This document shows positions 61,101-64,000 of a stretch of DNA of 64,000 nucleotides, piece by piece (the first letter of the stretch is position 1; each line of letters begins with the position of its first letter). The stretch spans positions 44,869 through 108,868 of the forward strand of contig JAFGQB010000034.1 in NCBI GenBank assembly GCA_016935915.1, in the 5' to 3' direction. The translations under genes were made by a program, and so were the position numbers. The stretch comes from Spirochaetota bacterium. GTDB taxonomy: Bacteria > Spirochaetota > GWE2-31-10 > JAFGQB01. The notes below the pieces were generated by a model that did not search any database, had not been told where the DNA came from, and saw nothing but the letters and a program-made list of their open reading frames with translations.

Positions 61101-62261
61101 TTACTTTTTTACATCCTTTTGATATTCATCTTTATCTAAAACTTTTAAAATGAAGCATTCTTCATCTTCCTTTAAATCTTTGACAACATTTTCAAATATT
61201 CTCTCACCAAATTTATCTATTAAAATTTTAATTTTTGGTCTTAAGGGAGCATCATGATTAATCGATGTTACTGTTCCAATTGAATTATCATTTAATTGAA
61301 CTATAGTACCCGGTGGATAAATTGAAAATGCATTTAAATAAGCCCTCAGAACTTTTGGATCAAACTTATTGCTTGCTTCTGCTAATACTGATTTCATTGC
61401 AAGATAACCAGTTTTAGTCTTTCGATATGATCTGTATGCTATTTGTGCCTCAAAAGCATCACTTACCGCTAAAAATCTTGCAAATAAACTTATTTTTTCT
61501 CCAACAAGCTTTCTGGGATATCCATTTCCATTATATTGTTCATGATGCTGAAGTATTGCATCCAAAACTGCTGAATTAAAAATATTTGTTTTATTCATAT
61601 TTTTAAAAGCAGTTACAGGATGAGTTTTAATTATTTTAAACTCTTCATCAGTCAGTTTGTTAGATTTATTTAATATTTCGCTGGGAATTTTGGCCATTCC
61701 AATATCATGCAATAAAGCAGAAATGCCTAACAGTTCTATTTCATTATCAGATAAACCATATTCCTTGCCGCCGATTATAGAAATTAATGTTGTGTTTATT
61801 GAATGAGTTGTTATATAATCATACTCTTTATTTGATAATGCCATATAGCTTATTATTTCATTTTTATATTTAGTTACAAGCTGAATGATCTTATTAACAA
61901 TAAACTTTAATTTGGCTTTATCATATACTTCAGTTTCCTGTAGTTGGGTAATGAACTCATTATAAAGCGTAATACAAAAATTATATAAATACTTATATTC
62001 AGGTTCTACCATATTTTTATTAACTTCTTCATTGCTTTTTAAAAAATTATAAGAAAGTTCTTCTTTGCTTATATTTTTTTCATCAGTTATAATTTCACCA
62101 TTAGTTATTAAATTTTTAATGCCCCATCTAACCAATCTGTTATAATCAGCTTCTTTAATGGGAACACCAGCTTGTATTACAATGTTATTATCTTCAGTTA
62201 ATAAAGGTTCCGTAAAAACCATACCAATTTTAATTTCATTAATTGATATTTTTTTAGCCAT
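61101..62261 (-). CDS. HD-GYP domain protein (cyclic-di-GMP phosphodiesterase family).
   Basis: 386 aa. HD motif ALLHDIGM. Downstream HHE (LQHHEQYNGNGYP) with a GYP element. Confidence 0.8.
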   Translation of the reverse strand: MAKKISINEIKIGMVFTEPLLTEDNNIVIQAGVPIKEADYNRLVRWGIKNLITNGEIITDEKNISKEELSYNFLKSNEEVNKNMVEPEYKYLYNFCITLYNEFITQLQETEVYDKAKLKFIVNKIIQLVTKYKNEIISYMALSNKEYDYITTHSINTTLISIIGGKEYGLSDNEIELLGISALLHDIGMAKIPSEILNKSNKLTDEEFKIIKTHPVTAFKNMNKTNIFNSAVLDAILQHHEQYNGNGYPRKLVGEKISLFARFLAVSDAFEAQIAYRSYRKTKTGYLAMKSVLAEASNKFDPKVLRAYLNAFSIYPPGTIVQLNDNSIGTVTSINHDAPLRPKIKILIDKFGERIFENVVKDLKEDEECFILKVLDKDEYQKDVKK

Positions 62262-62524
62262 TATAAACCTCTTTTATTAGTTTTTATTATGCATGCTATA
62301 ATATCAGCAACAATTTTATATACCTCTTCTGGTATTTCAGCATCTATATCAAATAATTTCTCATGTTTAAAAAATTCTTCATTTTTAACTATTTCTATGC
62401 CGTTTTTTACAGCTTCATTTATAATCTTTTCAGCAAATTCATCTACACCATAAGCAGATATTACAGGCACGTCTAATTTTTCTTTTAAATATTTTATACT
62501 AGCTGCCTTTTTTTTATTTATCAA
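62261..62524 (-). CDS. FlhB C-terminal domain-like small protein (YlqH/EscU-like).
   Basis: 87 aa. AASIKYLKEKLDVPVISAYGVDEFAEKIINEAVKNGIEIVKNEEFFKHEKLFDIDAEIPEEVYKIVADIIACI matches the FlhB-C pattern (AVALxY...APxVVAKG...A..I...A.E.GVPI.E...LA..L......IP.ELY.AVAEIL). Confidence 0.7.
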   Translation of the reverse strand: MINKKKAASIKYLKEKLDVPVISAYGVDEFAEKIINEAVKNGIEIVKNEEFFKHEKLFDIDAEIPEEVYKIVADIIACIIKTNKRGL

Positions 62525-62537
62525 ATTAATTAATCCT

Positions 62538-63203
62538 CTAAATTTTCAAATCAACTTTTTTTAAATCCATCTGACATTTAATATTTTCATAAAAATTATT
62601 TTTTTTATCAAAAAAATTAATAACCAAATTATTAATTTTATTCATTAATATTAATTTTAAATCAGATATAAACTGTTCTTTATAAATTTTATTTAGATTA
62701 TCGACTAAAATAGAAATATTAACATCAAAATTAGTAAAATTTATAAAAAATTTAGAATCTCTATTAAAAAAATTAATATTCAAAAAAATATTAATTTTAT
62801 TTTCATCTTTTTTAAAAATTATATATTTTCTTTTTTTATTATAGTTCTTATTGAGCATTTTATCAAGATAATTAAAAAAAGCATAAAAAATGTTTGTTAT
62901 CTCATTAAAGTTCTTATTATGAGATTCATAAAAAAAATTATCAAATAAATCATTAAAATTACTTTTTGATAACTGGTTATCTTTTTCTGTTATTCTTTTT
63001 GCCAACTCAATTATTTCTATTTTATTATTAACGATTTTAGCAGAATAATTCAATTTGGGGTTTAAAATAACAGGAAGTTCAAATTTTTTCCCGTTTATTA
63101 ATACATGTGAACTTTTATTATTAATTTTTATTATTTTCAAATTAAAAATTTTTGTGATGTTATGAAAATAATTTAAATGCTTTAGAGGAATATTAATTAA
63201 CAT
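62538..63203 (-). CDS. Hypothetical protein upstream of the FlhB-C-like gene, possibly a YlqG / hook-length-control-like partner.
   Basis: 221 aa. Asn/Lys/Phe-rich. No motif recognised. 13-nt gap to the FlhB-C-like gene. Confidence 0.4.
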   Translation of the reverse strand: MLINIPLKHLNYFHNITKIFNLKIIKINNKSSHVLINGKKFELPVILNPKLNYSAKIVNNKIEIIELAKRITEKDNQLSKSNFNDLFDNFFYESHNKNFNEITNIFYAFFNYLDKMLNKNYNKKRKYIIFKKDENKINIFLNINFFNRDSKFFINFTNFDVNISILVDNLNKIYKEQFISDLKLILMNKINNLVINFFDKKNNFYENIKCQMDLKKVDLKI

Positions 63204-63274
63204 ATAAACATTATATATATATTTTAATAAAAAATCTACTTTTTACTTAAACTTGCTGAATGAAAATTAAAAAA

Positions 63275-63715
63275 TTAATTTTTAATTTTTGTTTTTTTAA
63301 AATTAATTTTTTCTTTAATTATTGCACTCCTGCCGCTTCTATCTCTTAAATAATATAATTTAGCTCTTCTAACCTTTCCTCTTCTAACCAATTCTATTTT
63401 TGCAATATTTGGCGATAATAAAGGAAAAGTCCTTTCAACACCAACACCATATGAAAGTTTTCGAACTTTTAAGGAACGAGTCAAACCTTTTCCTTTAAAG
63501 GAAATAATATTGCCTTCAAAAACCTGAATTCTTTCCCGCTTATTTTCAACAATTTTATAATATATTTTAATCAAATCTCCAACTTTAAAATCTCTTTCTC
63601 TATTAATCAATTGATTAATTTTTTCATTTTTAATTTCAGGAGTTAACTCTTCTTCTTTTGATTTAGAAACCATTTTTTCAATATGATCTTTTTCAATTTG
63701 CTGTATAATGTTCAT
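63275..63715 (-). CDS. rplS: 50S ribosomal protein L19 with an insertion of about 30 aa.
   Basis: 146 aa. MNIIQQIEK start. Core [14 protein letters not shown]...[42 protein letters not shown]. Confidence 0.9.
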   Translation of the reverse strand: MNIIQQIEKDHIEKMVSKSKEEELTPEIKNEKINQLINRERDFKVGDLIKIYYKIVENKRERIQVFEGNIISFKGKGLTRSLKVRKLSYGVGVERTFPLLSPNIAKIELVRRGKVRRAKLYYLRDRSGRSAIIKEKINFKKTKIKN

Positions 63716-63716
63716 T

Positions 63717-64000
63717 TTATAAATCCTCTCTTATCTCATTAATTAATTTTATTATTTTATTATCAAATATTTCTTTTTCAAGCAAATCAGGTCTTTTTAA
63801 TAAAGTTTCCTTTACTGAATCTTTTAATCTATATTCTGAAATTTTTTTATGATTTCCGGACAATAAAACTTCCGGAACCTTCATATTTCTAAATACTTCA
63901 GGTCTTGTATACTGCTTGTATTCAAGTAAATTATTAGTAAAAGATTCTTCTTTTAAAGAACCTGGTTTTATTACACCTTTTATATGTCTAATGACAGCAT
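63717..64000 (-). CDS. trmD: tRNA (guanine37-N1)-methyltransferase, C-terminal part. The gene continues beyond the window end.
   Basis: My translation of the minus strand: ...[69 protein letters not shown]. It matches the TrmD C-terminus ([14 protein letters not shown]). Classic trmD-rplS order. Confidence 0.8.
   Translation of the reverse strand, partial: AVIRHIKGVIKPGSLKEESFTNNLLEYKQYTRPEVFRNMKVPEVLLSGNHKKISEYRLKDSVKETLLKRPDLLEKEIFDNKIIKLINEIREDL

Noticed and set aside
63275-63715. L19 N-terminal extension as a mis-called start.
   Set aside because: The ORF begins with the conserved MNIIQ.IE L19 start, and the conserved core follows after the extra segment. It is therefore an insertion rather than an upstream mis-start.
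1-64000. CRISPR arrays, tRNA or rRNA genes, transposases, integrases, RT or DGR elements.
   Set aside because: I scanned the intergenic regions for regularly spaced direct repeats and for GC-rich islands of 70-90 nt and found none. No ORF shows DDE, tyrosine-recombinase or RT motifs.

Overview
This is a very AT-rich (roughly 25-27% GC) bacterial chromosomal segment that is densely packed with genes, and I could resolve about 50 of them. Most are recognisable housekeeping genes. They include both mismatch-repair paralogs (mutS2 at 31-2379, mutS at 54656-57259), metK, tsaD, lon, ispG, rnc, acpP, plsX, rpmF (a 59-aa gene that was missing from the ORF track), coaD, a CtpA-type S41 protease, rpiA, purE, transaldolase, gltB-gltD followed by an MFS transporter, miaB, yraN, rplS and a partial trmD. 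Signal-transduction genes are unusually dense. They comprise a Hanks-type Ser/Thr kinase with an unknown extracytoplasmic tail, a minimal MCP, cheR-cheB, a REC-HK-REC hybrid kinase, a stand-alone REC, a HAMP class III nucleotidyl cyclase, an HD-GYP protein, a membrane sensor with a degenerate GGDEF-like domain, and an FlhB-C-terminal-like small protein. A C-terminal Phe on a giant putative outer-membrane protein, a SPOR domain protein and flagellar/chemotaxis genes suggest a motile diderm anaerobe of uncertain phylum. I found no rRNA, tRNA, CRISPR array, transposase or integrase. The candidate novel system I rank highest is a three-gene minus-strand operon at 16727-20387. It pairs a voltage-sensor-domain (S1-S4) membrane protein lacking a recognisable selectivity filter with a degenerate-GGDEF membrane sensor and an unknown protein, and it is transcribed divergently from a 1622-aa putative outer-membrane protein. 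Other notable items are an orphan hypE (C-terminal PRIC) next to cheR-cheB, a 1119-aa secreted beta-helix protein co-operonic with a GT2 glycosyltransferase, a lone 233-aa gene in a 1.6-kb AT-rich gene-poor island, and a 44-codon ORF translationally coupled (ATGA) to an Arg/Asn-rich zinc-ribbon protein. All calls rest on motif recognition by eye; no database search was possible.
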